DNA of 64,000 bases from Terracidiphilus sp. (GCA_049793195.1 JBARBP010000167.1:1576-65575); one strand, 5' to 3'. Counted from the stretch's first letter, positions 43,762-52,886 are shown. The notes: generated from the letters alone by a model not told the origin. Translations and numbers: made by a program.

Positions 43762-45345
43762 TTACATGCCGTTGTCGGAGTTCTGCGAGGGGTGAAGGAC
43801 GAGATAAGATTGTCCGCCCTTCGCCCAGACCAGCAGCAGGATGTCCTTGCCGGCGGGGATCGAGTGGACTTGGTTTGCGAACGAATCTGGCCCCTCGACC
43901 GGATGACGATTGACTTCGAGAATGACGTCTCCAGAAGTCAGGCCCGCATCGTCCGCCGGGCTTCCTGGGCGCACGCTTTGAATCGCCGCTCCTTTCACAC
44001 GTTCCGGAATGTTGAGTTGCTGGCGCATTTCCGGTGACAATTCCGCAACCGCGAGCCCAAGCTTTCCGTGCTGCTCAACTCCTGTTCCGGAATTTTCTGC
44101 AACTTGATTGTTGTCGTGAAATTCACCGACCGTTACCTTGATGGTGTCCGGCTTGCCGTCGCGGATGATGCCGAGAGTAATGGCGTTGCCGGGTGCCATT
44201 TCACTCACTGCAACCTGAAGCGCGCCTCCATTGACGATCTTGTGTCCATTGATCTCGCGTAACACGTCGCCCGATTTGAGCCCCGCCCGGCTGGCTGGCG
44301 AGTCCGGCGTGACCTGCGAGACGATAGCTCCTGCGGCGTCGGGCAGTTCGAAGAAGCCAGCCTTGTCAGGCGTGACATCATTCATCCCGATGCCCAGGTA
44401 TCCATGATGTACGGCGCCATCCTTGATAAGCTGTTCAACTGAAGCTCTGACAATTTGCGACGGAATTGCGAATCCTGCTCCGGCAAAAGACCCGCTTCCG
44501 GAGATGATGAAAGTGTTGATGCCGACCAACTCACCATGCGCATCAACCAGCGGACCGCCGGAGTTGCCTGGGTTGATTGCCGCGTCCGTCTGGATAAAGT
44601 CCCCAGGCTTCCGCGGATCATCCGAGTATGGATTCGGTCTATCGATAGCGCTCACAATGCCGCGCGTGACCGAAAATTGGAAGTAACCGAATGGGCTGCC
44701 GAACGCCAGAACGGTCTGCCCGGGATGCAGTTTCGTCGAGTCGCCCCAGGCAACACTCGGAAGGTTCTTCGCGTCAATGCGGATCACGGCAATGTCGTTG
44801 AGCTTGTCAACTCCAACCAACTTTGCCGGAAATACACGCCGGTCATTCAGCGTAACGCGTATCTGAGTCGCACCGTCGACGACGTGGTCATTGGTCACGA
44901 TGTAGCCTTCAGGGGAGACGATAATGCCGCTTCCAATGCCGTGCTCTAACTGCTCCGGCGGTTTCATGAAATGCCCTCGACCCTGGCCGGGGCCTTGCTG
45001 CCCGAAGAACCATTGGAACTCAGGCGGAATTGCCCCCTGCGGACTGCCGGAGCTTTGGCCATTGTCGTCGGAGTCATCCACACTGGCACGCGAAGTTACT
45101 GAAACGTTGACCACGGCAGGAGTGACGCGTGCCGCGACTGCTTCTACCGCGTTATCGAGCGCGACCAGAGAAGAGACGCTGTTATCGTCAATTGGAACTG
45201 CTGCCCCAATTGCGGCGCCGCTTGCTGCGTGAGCTATTGAGCGATCACAACCGAAGATTACCGCGAACACCAGTGCAACGACTGCTCCAATTGGGCCTGC
45301 AAGTCTCTTAGCACTCGCTACTAATTCACTAGTTGATGCTGACAT
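43762..45345 (-). CDS. HtrA/DegP-family periplasmic serine endoprotease with two PDZ domains
   Basis: IVTNDHVV (His), DIAVIRI (Asp), TDAAINPGNSGGPLV (Ser). Two PDZ-like segments (GYLGIGMNDV..., KLGLAVAELS...). N-terminal TM anchor. ATG 45345 with GGAGAG upstream. The longer ORF start (45417) would overlap the M56 gene. Confidence 0.9.
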   Translation of the reverse strand: MSASTSELVASAKRLAGPIGAVVALVFAVIFGCDRSIAHAASGAAIGAAVPIDDNSVSSLVALDNAVEAVAARVTPAVVNVSVTSRASVDDSDDNGQSSGSPQGAIPPEFQWFFGQQGPGQGRGHFMKPPEQLEHGIGSGIIVSPEGYIVTNDHVVDGATQIRVTLNDRRVFPAKLVGVDKLNDIAVIRIDAKNLPSVAWGDSTKLHPGQTVLAFGSPFGYFQFSVTRGIVSAIDRPNPYSDDPRKPGDFIQTDAAINPGNSGGPLVDAHGELVGINTFIISGSGSFAGAGFAIPSQIVRASVEQLIKDGAVHHGYLGIGMNDVTPDKAGFFELPDAAGAIVSQVTPDSPASRAGLKSGDVLREINGHKIVNGGALQVAVSEMAPGNAITLGIIRDGKPDTIKVTVGEFHDNNQVAENSGTGVEQHGKLGLAVAELSPEMRQQLNIPERVKGAAIQSVRPGSPADDAGLTSGDVILEVNRHPVEGPDSFANQVHSIPAGKDILLLVWAKGGQSYLVLHPSQNSDNGM

Positions 45346-45376
45346 AGCTGTCTCTCCAAGGGATTGAATTTGTTGG

Positions 45377-47062
45377 TTAGAGTTGAAACACCAGCCAGCC
45401 GTTGCGCGTGGGCACAATGGCAGGCTGCGTTGAAACGGAATCTGAAACGGAACCAGCGGGAAGAATTCTAAGAATCAGCCGCGTGACGGTGATCTGACCG
45501 GCCAACTCAGAGCCTGCTTCGTTTTTTCCATCTGCACTTACATTCGCACGAGCTTCATAGTCCGCAATCAGGTTGGCATTCTGATTCGAGCTTTGAAGCT
45601 GCTCCCATGTGGCGACTATAACCCACTGTCCTTCTATCGCTTGGGATTGCGCGCTCGGCAACTCGGCCTGCAGCAGGACGGAGCGGGACGATTGAGAATT
45701 GGATTTGTACGACGGAGTCGCGGAAAGATGTGCAGCGGGTGGCTTCACGCCACTTCTCTTTATCGATGCACGTGCTTCACCCTCTCCCACCGATCCGCTT
45801 ACCGGCAGAACGGCCTCAACCTTTGTTGCGTGCATGGCCGAAGAAGCGTGGCCTGCTTCATTGCTCCGATAAAGGAAATATGTTGCATTCATTTCGGTAT
45901 TACCGGGCCGCACGCCATTCGCCTGTGGATGGACAAGAGCGCCGACGTTCGTCCCATCTTGACTCCGATCCAGATTCCGCGCCGGAACAAACGCAATCAA
46001 CTGGGGGCACCGCGCAAGTTCAATCGAGCCGAAAAGAAGACTGCACCCCAGCGCGACCAGCAAGGTGCCGTTCCCAAGAGGACTCAGAGTATGCTTGCGC
46101 CGCAAAATGCTATGAACGCGATGCACAAGCTCCGGCCGTCGTTGCCATGCTCCTAGCGAAAGAGCCTCAGCGCGTCGCTGAAGCCCACGCTCGGCCAGAC
46201 TCGCCAGGCACGTTGCATAGGCGCGCGGCGCGCCCGTAATTCTAATAACCCCTTCGTCGCAGGCCATCTCTCGCTCACGGCACAGACGATGCTCAATCCA
46301 AACCATTGCAGGATTCAGTGGGAAGAGAACCAGGCACAGTTTCTGGAAGAGGTTTGTCCAATCGTCTCGGCGGCGCAGATGCTCCATTTCGTGCAGAACA
46401 ATCTGTTCGAGCTCACCCACAGTGAGGCGCGCGATAAGCCAATCCGGAATAAGAATCCGCGGCTTAAAGAATCCAATTACGCTAGGGCGCTGCAGTTTCG
46501 TCGAAGTGCACACCTCAGTGCGCCTGCGGTGCCACGTTGCCGCAATCGGAGCGAATATGTAACTGAGTCGGCTGTCCAGCTCCACAGGAATCGCCTCCTC
46601 CCACAGCTTGCGGAGCCGGATCGAATGCACAGTGAGATCTACGGAGCGATAGACCATCGCAGCAATCCATATTGCCACGATCAGAAGGCTCCAACGCGCA
46701 TCAATGCTCAACCAAGGCCGGCTAAGCAAGGGCCTGGCCGCCGCATCTGCTGTTGGAGAAGAGACGCCTGAACTCACTACGTCAGGAAACTTTAAGAAGA
46801 GAGTCAGCAAGGGCAAACCGACAAGACTAGCGAAGGCCGCAGCCCAGATCAAAAAGCGGTGCCTCGCTGGTGTGCACGGCGCAATTCGAAGCAGAATCAC
46901 CAAGCAACTGGCGATCAAGGCACCCTGCCAAACGGTGCTTACCACGGCGAGTGCAGCCTGCTGCGATAATGCGCGAAGAGCTGGCAAGGCTGAATCCATG
47001 ACAATCGGCATCATCCCAATCACTTCTTCGATCATCGTCTGGATAAGAGCGGGAAGCGGCAT
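45377..47062 (-). CDS. M56-family (BlaR1/MecR1-like) membrane metalloprotease sensor, non-PBP C-terminal domain
   Basis: N-terminal TM segments. Zinc motif VLHEMEHLRRRDDW (HExxH). Further TM, then a Ser/Ala/Gln-rich extracytoplasmic region (roughly 230-250 aa) without SxxK/transpeptidase motifs. Confidence 0.85.
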   Translation of the reverse strand: MPLPALIQTMIEEVIGMMPIVMDSALPALRALSQQAALAVVSTVWQGALIASCLVILLRIAPCTPARHRFLIWAAAFASLVGLPLLTLFLKFPDVVSSGVSSPTADAAARPLLSRPWLSIDARWSLLIVAIWIAAMVYRSVDLTVHSIRLRKLWEEAIPVELDSRLSYIFAPIAATWHRRRTEVCTSTKLQRPSVIGFFKPRILIPDWLIARLTVGELEQIVLHEMEHLRRRDDWTNLFQKLCLVLFPLNPAMVWIEHRLCREREMACDEGVIRITGAPRAYATCLASLAERGLQRRAEALSLGAWQRRPELVHRVHSILRRKHTLSPLGNGTLLVALGCSLLFGSIELARCPQLIAFVPARNLDRSQDGTNVGALVHPQANGVRPGNTEMNATYFLYRSNEAGHASSAMHATKVEAVLPVSGSVGEGEARASIKRSGVKPPAAHLSATPSYKSNSQSSRSVLLQAELPSAQSQAIEGQWVIVATWEQLQSSNQNANLIADYEARANVSADGKNEAGSELAGQITVTRLILRILPAGSVSDSVSTQPAIVPTRNGWLVFQL

Positions 47063-47065
47063 CGT

Positions 47066-47464
47066 CTACTGCTCCTCCTTTCCGTCAGGAGTCGCAAGCT
47101 GGATCGCATCTTTCAGCCGCTGCAACTCCTCCGGAGATATCTCTTCGTCGCCCAAAAGCGACAACAACAGCCGCTCGCGCGAGTTGCCAAAGAAACGGCT
47201 CATCAGGTGGCGCACCTCTGATCGGCTGGCTTCCTGTTCGGCGACGCATGGACGATAGACGAATGCACGGCCCTCCTGTCGATGTTCGACGTAGCCCTTC
47301 TGCTCAAGGATCCGTATTGTCGTGAGCACCGAGTTGTAGGCAAGCGTTTCCCCGTCCGGCATAGCTGTCACCAGGTCGTTGACTGCCGACTCACCTCGTC
47401 GCCAGAGGATCCTCATCAACCTCAGCTCGGCCTCGGTCAGCGTGATGGATTTTTTCGGGGGCAT
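47066..47464 (-). CDS. BlaI/MecI/CopY-family transcriptional repressor
   Basis: LTEAELRLMRILWRRGESAVNDLVTAM...LAYNSVLTTIRILEQKGYVEHRQEGRAFVYRP (winged helix). Stop is 3 nt before the M56 start. ATG 47464 chosen (ORF open to 47530). Confidence 0.85.
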   Translation of the reverse strand: MPPKKSITLTEAELRLMRILWRRGESAVNDLVTAMPDGETLAYNSVLTTIRILEQKGYVEHRQEGRAFVYRPCVAEQEASRSEVRHLMSRFFGNSRERLLLSLLGDEEISPEELQRLKDAIQLATPDGKEEQ

Positions 47465-47520
47465 ATTCTGTTGATTCCAAGTGACCGCTCCCCTAGTATG
47501 GGATCGGTCACACAGAATAT
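47463..47520. promoter_or_regulatory. nested inverted repeat spanning the blaI-like start codon (candidate operator or 5' leader hairpin)
   Basis: ATATTCTG (47463-47470) pairs with CAGAATAT (47513-47520). GTGACCG (47481-47487) pairs with CGGTCAC (47505-47511). Confidence 0.3.
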
Positions 47521-47976
47521 AGACGGTCAACTAAAGGATTAGTTTCTAAGTTTTCCCAAGAACTTTGAGTGATAAATGCGAGATGAATGATTCAAAAGCC
47601 CTAAGTAAAGCAGAGAATTACGGCAAGCTGACGCGGGATCAAAGAATGAGCAACTTCGACTGCTTCTTGCCCGCTCGGGCTTCTCTCGAGCTCTTTCATG
47701 AATCACATCGGTCGTGGAGTCTCAATTTCCGGTGTGCGTGCGCTCCGCCAGAATTCCGCCTCTGTCTGAAGCATTTTGTACATTAAGCAAAAGATATTAA
47801 ATAAGTTGCCAAAAATTCCCATTATCCCGTCAGTAACCGGGAGATTGGTCACTTTCGAGCCAGAAACCTAGTTTCTTGGCTGAGAATACCAGCTCATATC
47901 GAGGCAAAATCTCGTTGCTTGAGGGCTGCCTTGTTCCAGAAGCGCGCTGCTATTATGGCCTGAGCGGAAGAGACCT

Positions 47977-48774
47977 ATGGAATTTGGGCTTAAAGGCAAA
48001 ACGGCCTTGGTACTGGGCGGCGGTGGAGACCTGGGGAGGGCAATCTCAATTGCGCTGGCGGGTGAAGGCGCAAATATAGCTGTGGCCGATATCGACAACA
48101 AAGCCATCGCGGAGACGGAAGCCGCACTGGCAAAAATCGACAGCAAAGCCGTCGGCAAATGCATAGGACTGGGCTGGGATCTTGCCGATCTGTCGTCTAT
48201 CGATGCGCACGTCACGAAGATTGAATGCGAACTGGGACCGGTGGATGTACTCGTCAACATTACCGGCGGCCCACCGCCAACGCCTGCCAGCTTGCAGGAT
48301 CCAGCATTGTGGACAAAGCATTTTCAGGCAATGGTCCTTTCCGTTATCGCCATCACCGACCGTGTGCTGCCAGGGATGCGTGAGCGGAAGTGGGGCCGCA
48401 TTATTACCAGCACATCATCGGGCGTCATCTCTCCGATCCCAAATCTCGCTATCTCAAATGCGCTGCGGCTTTCGCTCGTAGGCTGGTCGAAATCACTGGC
48501 TCGCGAGGTGGGCAAGGACGGCATCACCGCTAATATCATCCTGCCGGGCCGCATCGCGACCGAACGCACTAGATTTCTTGATCAAGCCAAGGCGGCACGG
48601 GAGGGGCGCACTGTTGAAGATGTGTCCACGGAGAGCGTGAAGAGCATTCCATTGGGCCGCTACGGAAAACCTGCAGAGTACGCCGCCGCCGTTGCATTCC
48701 TGGCCAGCGAGCGAGCAGCATACATCACCGGCTCGATTATTCGTGTCGATGGCGGCCTCATCGCCAGTATTTGA
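47977..48774 (+). CDS. atypical SDR-family protein (FabG/BKR-like fold, non-canonical active-site motif)
   Basis: KTALVLGGGGDLGRAISIALAGEGANIAVADI (Rossmann), ITGGPP, GWSKSLAREVGKDGITANIILPGRIATE. At the YxxxK position the sequence reads S-N-A-L-R (by-eye alignment to E. coli FabG). Confidence 0.85.
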   Translation: MEFGLKGKTALVLGGGGDLGRAISIALAGEGANIAVADIDNKAIAETEAALAKIDSKAVGKCIGLGWDLADLSSIDAHVTKIECELGPVDVLVNITGGPPPTPASLQDPALWTKHFQAMVLSVIAITDRVLPGMRERKWGRIITSTSSGVISPIPNLAISNALRLSLVGWSKSLAREVGKDGITANIILPGRIATERTRFLDQAKAAREGRTVEDVSTESVKSIPLGRYGKPAEYAAAVAFLASERAAYITGSIIRVDGGLIASI

Positions 48775-48819
48775 CAACGGCGTTAGCTCGACAGCAACAA
48801 AGATCCGGAGCAAATCGAC

Positions 48820-49539
48820 ATGGCGTTGGATGAAAAGACAATTGAATCTCTCCTGGGCATTTCTACCGCGACAATCACGACCGTGCTGCTCAAAAAAGGG
48901 CTCCGCAATGTTTGGTTGCGCGGCACCCGATCGCTGTACCCCGGTCAAAAGCGCGTTGTGGGTCCGGCATTCACGCTGCGATTTGTGCCGGCGCGCGAAG
49001 ATCTGGCCACGCCAGAATCCTGGGCATCACCCATCTCGACGCGCGCCGCCATTGAAGCTATGCCAAAAGGTTGCGTTGCAGTCGTAGACGCCATGGGCAT
49101 CACAGATGCCGGAATATTTGGCGATATCCTCTGCGAACGGATGAGGGTGCGCGGTGTCGCAGGTCTGGTGACTGACGGCGTGGTGCGCGACGTTGCCGGC
49201 GTAATCGCAACCGGTTTGCCGGTGTGGTGCAAAGGCGCAGCCGCGCCGCCATCTGTAGCTGGTCTCACCTTTGTCGGCTGGCAAGATCCGATCGCCTGCG
49301 GTGGCGTTGCGGTGTTTGCCGACGATGCGATTGTCGTCGATGACGACGGCGCAGTTGTGATTCCACGCGCGATGCTCGATAGCGTTGTGGAAGCAGCCAT
49401 CGAACAGGAGAAGCTCGAAGCCTGGATTGTCGACGAGGTGCGCGCCGGTGTTCCCCTGCCCGGCTTGCACCCTGCCAATGCCGAAACAAAGGCGCGCTAT
49501 GAGGCCTTCCGCGGCGCACAGACAAAAACAATGAAGTAG
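48820..49539 (+). CDS. RraA-family protein (class II 4-hydroxy-2-oxoacid aldolase-like)
   Basis: FGDILCERMRVRGVAGLVTDGVVRD and GGVAVFADDAIVVDDDGAVVIP match the RraA/HMG-CHA aldolase fold motifs. Confidence 0.85.
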   Translation: MALDEKTIESLLGISTATITTVLLKKGLRNVWLRGTRSLYPGQKRVVGPAFTLRFVPAREDLATPESWASPISTRAAIEAMPKGCVAVVDAMGITDAGIFGDILCERMRVRGVAGLVTDGVVRDVAGVIATGLPVWCKGAAAPPSVAGLTFVGWQDPIACGGVAVFADDAIVVDDDGAVVIPRAMLDSVVEAAIEQEKLEAWIVDEVRAGVPLPGLHPANAETKARYEAFRGAQTKTMK

Positions 49540-49571
49540 CTGCGGAATTGACCGGCGAGAGGACACCAGAA

Positions 49572-51284
49572 ATGACAAAGGGCCTGCGCAAAGGGCTAAC
49601 TAACTACGGCGACGCCGCTTTCTCGTTATTTCACCGCAAGGTCTTCATCAAGGCCATGGGTTATTCCGACGATGCCCTCGATCGGCCCATCATTGGCGTG
49701 ACCAATACCTACAGCGACTACAATCCCTGCCATGGAAATGTCCCGGATCTGATCGAGAGCGTGAAGCGCGGCGTTCTACTCGCAGGTGGTCTGCCGATGG
49801 TGTTCCCCACCATTTCGATCCACGAGAGCTTCGCTTATCCCACTTCGATGTTCCTTCGCAATCTGATGGCAATGGATACCGAGGAGATGATCCGCGCCCA
49901 ACCCATGGACGCGGTCGTGGTGATCGGTGGCTGCGACAAGACTTTGCCGGCGCAGGTCATGGCCACTGCCAGTACGGACATTCCGACCGTTGTTGTGCCA
50001 ACCGGCCCGATGGTCGTTGGTCATCATCGAGGTGAGGTACTCGGCGCTTGCACAGACTGTCGGCGGCTATGGGCCCAGTATCGCGCCGGCAAATTAGACG
50101 AAGGAGAGATGGTAGAGATTGGCGGGCGTCTCGCGCCTTCCGTCGGTTTTTGCGGAGTCATGGGGACAGCGAGCACGATGGCTTGCATCGTCGAGGCAAT
50201 GGGCCTCTCGCTCCCCATGAGCGCCACCGCTCCCGCGCCCCACGCCGATCGCCGCCGCATCGCCGAAGCCAGTGGAAAGCGCGCAGCCGAGATAGCGATC
50301 AGCGGTACGCCCCGTCCAAGCGGACTGATCACTGAGGCATCTGTTCGCAACGCGATGATCGTTCTGCAAGCCATCGGCGGATCGACAAACGGACTGATTC
50401 ACTTGATTGCGATGGCCGGCCGCGCAGGTGTTGCAGTGGGTCTTGATGCCTTCGATAAACTCGGCCGCGATGTTCCAGTGCTGCTCAATCTCAAGCCCTC
50501 CGGCGCGCATTATATGGAGCATTTTCACTACGCCGGCGGTTTGCCCGCGCTCATGCACGAGCTTCGGCAATTGCTCGATCTCTGCGCACCCACCATCACA
50601 GGAGCCACAATAGGCGAAGTGATCGCCCAGGCTGAATTGGCGCCCGGGCAAGATGTAATTTCGAGCCTCTCCTCGCCCGTGAAAAAGGAGGGCGCCATGG
50701 CTGTGCTGCATGGAAACCTCGCCCCGCGAAGCGCAGTGATCAAGCAGTCTGCGGCATCACCGAATCTGATGCGCCACACTGGACGCGCGGTCGTATTCGA
50801 TTCCTTGGAAGACATGATGGCGCGCATCGATCTTCCGGATCTCGATGTCCGCGCCGACGATGTCCTGGTTTTGCGTAACGCCGGCCCGAAAGGCGCACCT
50901 GGTATGCCGGAGGCAGGCTACCTGCCAATCCCAATGAAGCTCGCGCGCGAGGGTGTGAAAGACATGGTCCGCATCTCCGATGCGCGGATGAGCGGCACCG
51001 CCTTCGGGACGATCGTCTTGCACATCGCACCGGAAGCAGCTATTGGCGGCCCGCTTGCAATCGTCCAAACAGGCGACAAGATCATGCTGGACGTGGACGC
51101 GCGGAAAATCGAGCTGCTGATTGACGAAGCGGAGCTCGAGCGTCGTCTCGCCGCGTGGAAGAAGTTGCCACCTCACCGCCAGACGGCCACGCGTGGTTAT
51201 GCGAAGTTATTTGAGGATAGCGTTCTGCAGGCCGACCAGGGTTGCGACTTCGATTTTCTGTTGCGCGACGGTCCTGCCGTTTGA
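49572..51284 (+). CDS. IlvD/Edd-family dehydratase (sugar-acid dehydratase-like)
   Basis: RPIIGVTNTYSDYNPCHGN, GGCDKTLPA, PSVGFCGVMGTASTM, ISDARMSGTAFG. GAGAGGA 9 nt upstream of the ATG. TTG 49548 is an alternative. Confidence 0.9.
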   Translation: MTKGLRKGLTNYGDAAFSLFHRKVFIKAMGYSDDALDRPIIGVTNTYSDYNPCHGNVPDLIESVKRGVLLAGGLPMVFPTISIHESFAYPTSMFLRNLMAMDTEEMIRAQPMDAVVVIGGCDKTLPAQVMATASTDIPTVVVPTGPMVVGHHRGEVLGACTDCRRLWAQYRAGKLDEGEMVEIGGRLAPSVGFCGVMGTASTMACIVEAMGLSLPMSATAPAPHADRRRIAEASGKRAAEIAISGTPRPSGLITEASVRNAMIVLQAIGGSTNGLIHLIAMAGRAGVAVGLDAFDKLGRDVPVLLNLKPSGAHYMEHFHYAGGLPALMHELRQLLDLCAPTITGATIGEVIAQAELAPGQDVISSLSSPVKKEGAMAVLHGNLAPRSAVIKQSAASPNLMRHTGRAVVFDSLEDMMARIDLPDLDVRADDVLVLRNAGPKGAPGMPEAGYLPIPMKLAREGVKDMVRISDARMSGTAFGTIVLHIAPEAAIGGPLAIVQTGDKIMLDVDARKIELLIDEAELERRLAAWKKLPPHRQTATRGYAKLFEDSVLQADQGCDFDFLLRDGPAV

Positions 51285-51317
51285 CATAGGTTGCTGCAAA
51301 TCCAATAATCGAGATCA

Positions 51318-52208
51318 ATGGATATCTACGAAGAGATCGTGAAGTTGCAGCGCACGGGGCACAAGGGCGCCGTGGCCACGATCGTTAACGTACGCGGATC
51401 CATTCCCTCGTTCAAGAGCGCGAAGATGCTGGTGCGGGACGACGGCACGATTGCAGGCACCATCGGAGGGGGTTGCGTTGAGGCCGAGGTTTGGCAAGCG
51501 GCACGGGAAGTGATGACCAGCGAAAAGCCGCGCACACTCACGTTCGATCTGAACCAGGATCCAAAATACGACACGGGCCTGGTATGCGGAGGAACATTGG
51601 ATATATTTGTCGAGCCTATCCTTCCATCGCCGCTGCTCTATATCTTCGGCGCGGGTCACGTGGGATACGAACTCGCGAAGGCCGCGGGGCGTGCAGGATT
51701 CGACGTGATCGTGACGGACGATCGCGAGGCCTATGCGAATCGCGAGCGCTTCCCAGATGCCAGAGACGTAATTGCTGAGGACTTCGACAAGGCTCTGTCC
51801 GGGTTAACTCTGAACGAGTCTGCTTACGTCGTGATTGTTACGCGCGGTCATCGAGATGACATGCGTGTGTTGCGCTGGGCGGTGCAGACGCAAGCTCGAT
51901 ATATCGGAATGGTTGGTTCGAAGAGAAAGGCAATCACGGTTTTTCGCGAACTGACGAAAGAAGGGCTGAAGCCGGAGTTGTTCGAGCGGGTGCACTCACC
52001 GGTGGGACTGGATATTGGGGCGATTACGCCTGAGGAGATTGCAGTCGCGATTGTGGCTGAGCTGATCGGCGTTCGCCGCAATGCGGAACGACTTCTGCCA
52101 CACATGAGCTGGTTCCACAAGTACAAGCCGGACGCGATGGATGCCACCAGGGATGACGCCGCACCTTCGGGCAAGGCTTGTTGCGGTGAAGTGGACGAGT
52201 TGGTCTAG
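51318..52208 (+). CDS. XdhC/CoxI-family molybdoenzyme maturation protein
   Basis: ATIVNVRGSIPSFKSAKMLVRDDGTIAGTIGGGCVE...LYIFGAGHVG...IVTRGHRDD...YIGMVGSKRK...SPVGLDIGA. Confidence 0.85.
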   Translation: MDIYEEIVKLQRTGHKGAVATIVNVRGSIPSFKSAKMLVRDDGTIAGTIGGGCVEAEVWQAAREVMTSEKPRTLTFDLNQDPKYDTGLVCGGTLDIFVEPILPSPLLYIFGAGHVGYELAKAAGRAGFDVIVTDDREAYANRERFPDARDVIAEDFDKALSGLTLNESAYVVIVTRGHRDDMRVLRWAVQTQARYIGMVGSKRKAITVFRELTKEGLKPELFERVHSPVGLDIGAITPEEIAVAIVAELIGVRRNAERLLPHMSWFHKYKPDAMDATRDDAAPSGKACCGEVDELV

Positions 52209-52238
52209 GCCTCCTTACCTTTCTGCTATGGTTTCCCC

Positions 52239-52886
52239 ATGGACTGCGAGTACAAGGTATGCGGGGTAGTTCTATCCGCGGGCGCGTCGTCGCGCATGGG
52301 ACGAGACAAGGCGCTGCTTCCGTGGCCGCCTGTTGCGCTCGGCACTACTGGTTCCGGTGAAACGTTGCTCTCCGCAGCTATTGCTGCGTTGAGGCCGTTT
52401 ACTGCGGGAGTGATCGTGGTGGCGGGGAACAACGCGGACCTGGTTACTCCAGTGATTGTCTCCAATGGTGCTTCAATCGTGCGCAATCCTGCGCCGGAAC
52501 TGGGTCAATTCAGCTCGATGCAGGTTGGTTTGCGCGAAGTTTTGGCGCGCGGATATGATGCCGCGATGATTACGCTGGTGGACTGTCCACCGCTGTGCAG
52601 GGCCAGCATGGAGAAACTGAGCAATTCGTTCGGTCAGGCGCTTGGCAACGGGAGATGGGGTGTGGCGCCCGAAAATGGCGGCAAACGGGGGCACCCATTG
52701 CTGGTGAACCGTCCGTTGATCGATGCATTTCTGGCAGCTCCGGTGACGAGCAATGCGCGCGAGGTCAAGCGGGCACATGCTGGATTGATTGAGGCAGTGC
52801 CTGTTCCCGATTCGCTGGTCACTCTGGAACTGAATACGCCGGAAGAGTATGCGGCGCTGTCAGGCGGCGACCGAGAGCCATTCTGA
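52239..52886 (+). CDS. MobA-like NTP transferase (molybdenum cofactor cytidylyltransferase MocA-like)
   Basis: CGVVLSAGASSRMGRDKALLPW N-terminal nucleotide-binding motif. About 215 aa. Sits directly after xdhC. Confidence 0.8.
   Translation: MDCEYKVCGVVLSAGASSRMGRDKALLPWPPVALGTTGSGETLLSAAIAALRPFTAGVIVVAGNNADLVTPVIVSNGASIVRNPAPELGQFSSMQVGLREVLARGYDAAMITLVDCPPLCRASMEKLSNSFGQALGNGRWGVAPENGGKRGHPLLVNRPLIDAFLAAPVTSNAREVKRAHAGLIEAVPVPDSLVTLELNTPEEYAALSGGDREPF

Noticed and set aside
47565-47786. 73-aa ORF in the blaI/SDR intergenic region
   Set aside because: The stretch is low-GC. The ORF has a TTG start without an SD and no motif. The region more likely holds the two divergent promoters. An imperfect hairpin GCCAGAAAC-cta-GTTTCTTGGC at 47859-47880 was noted but is not interpretable.
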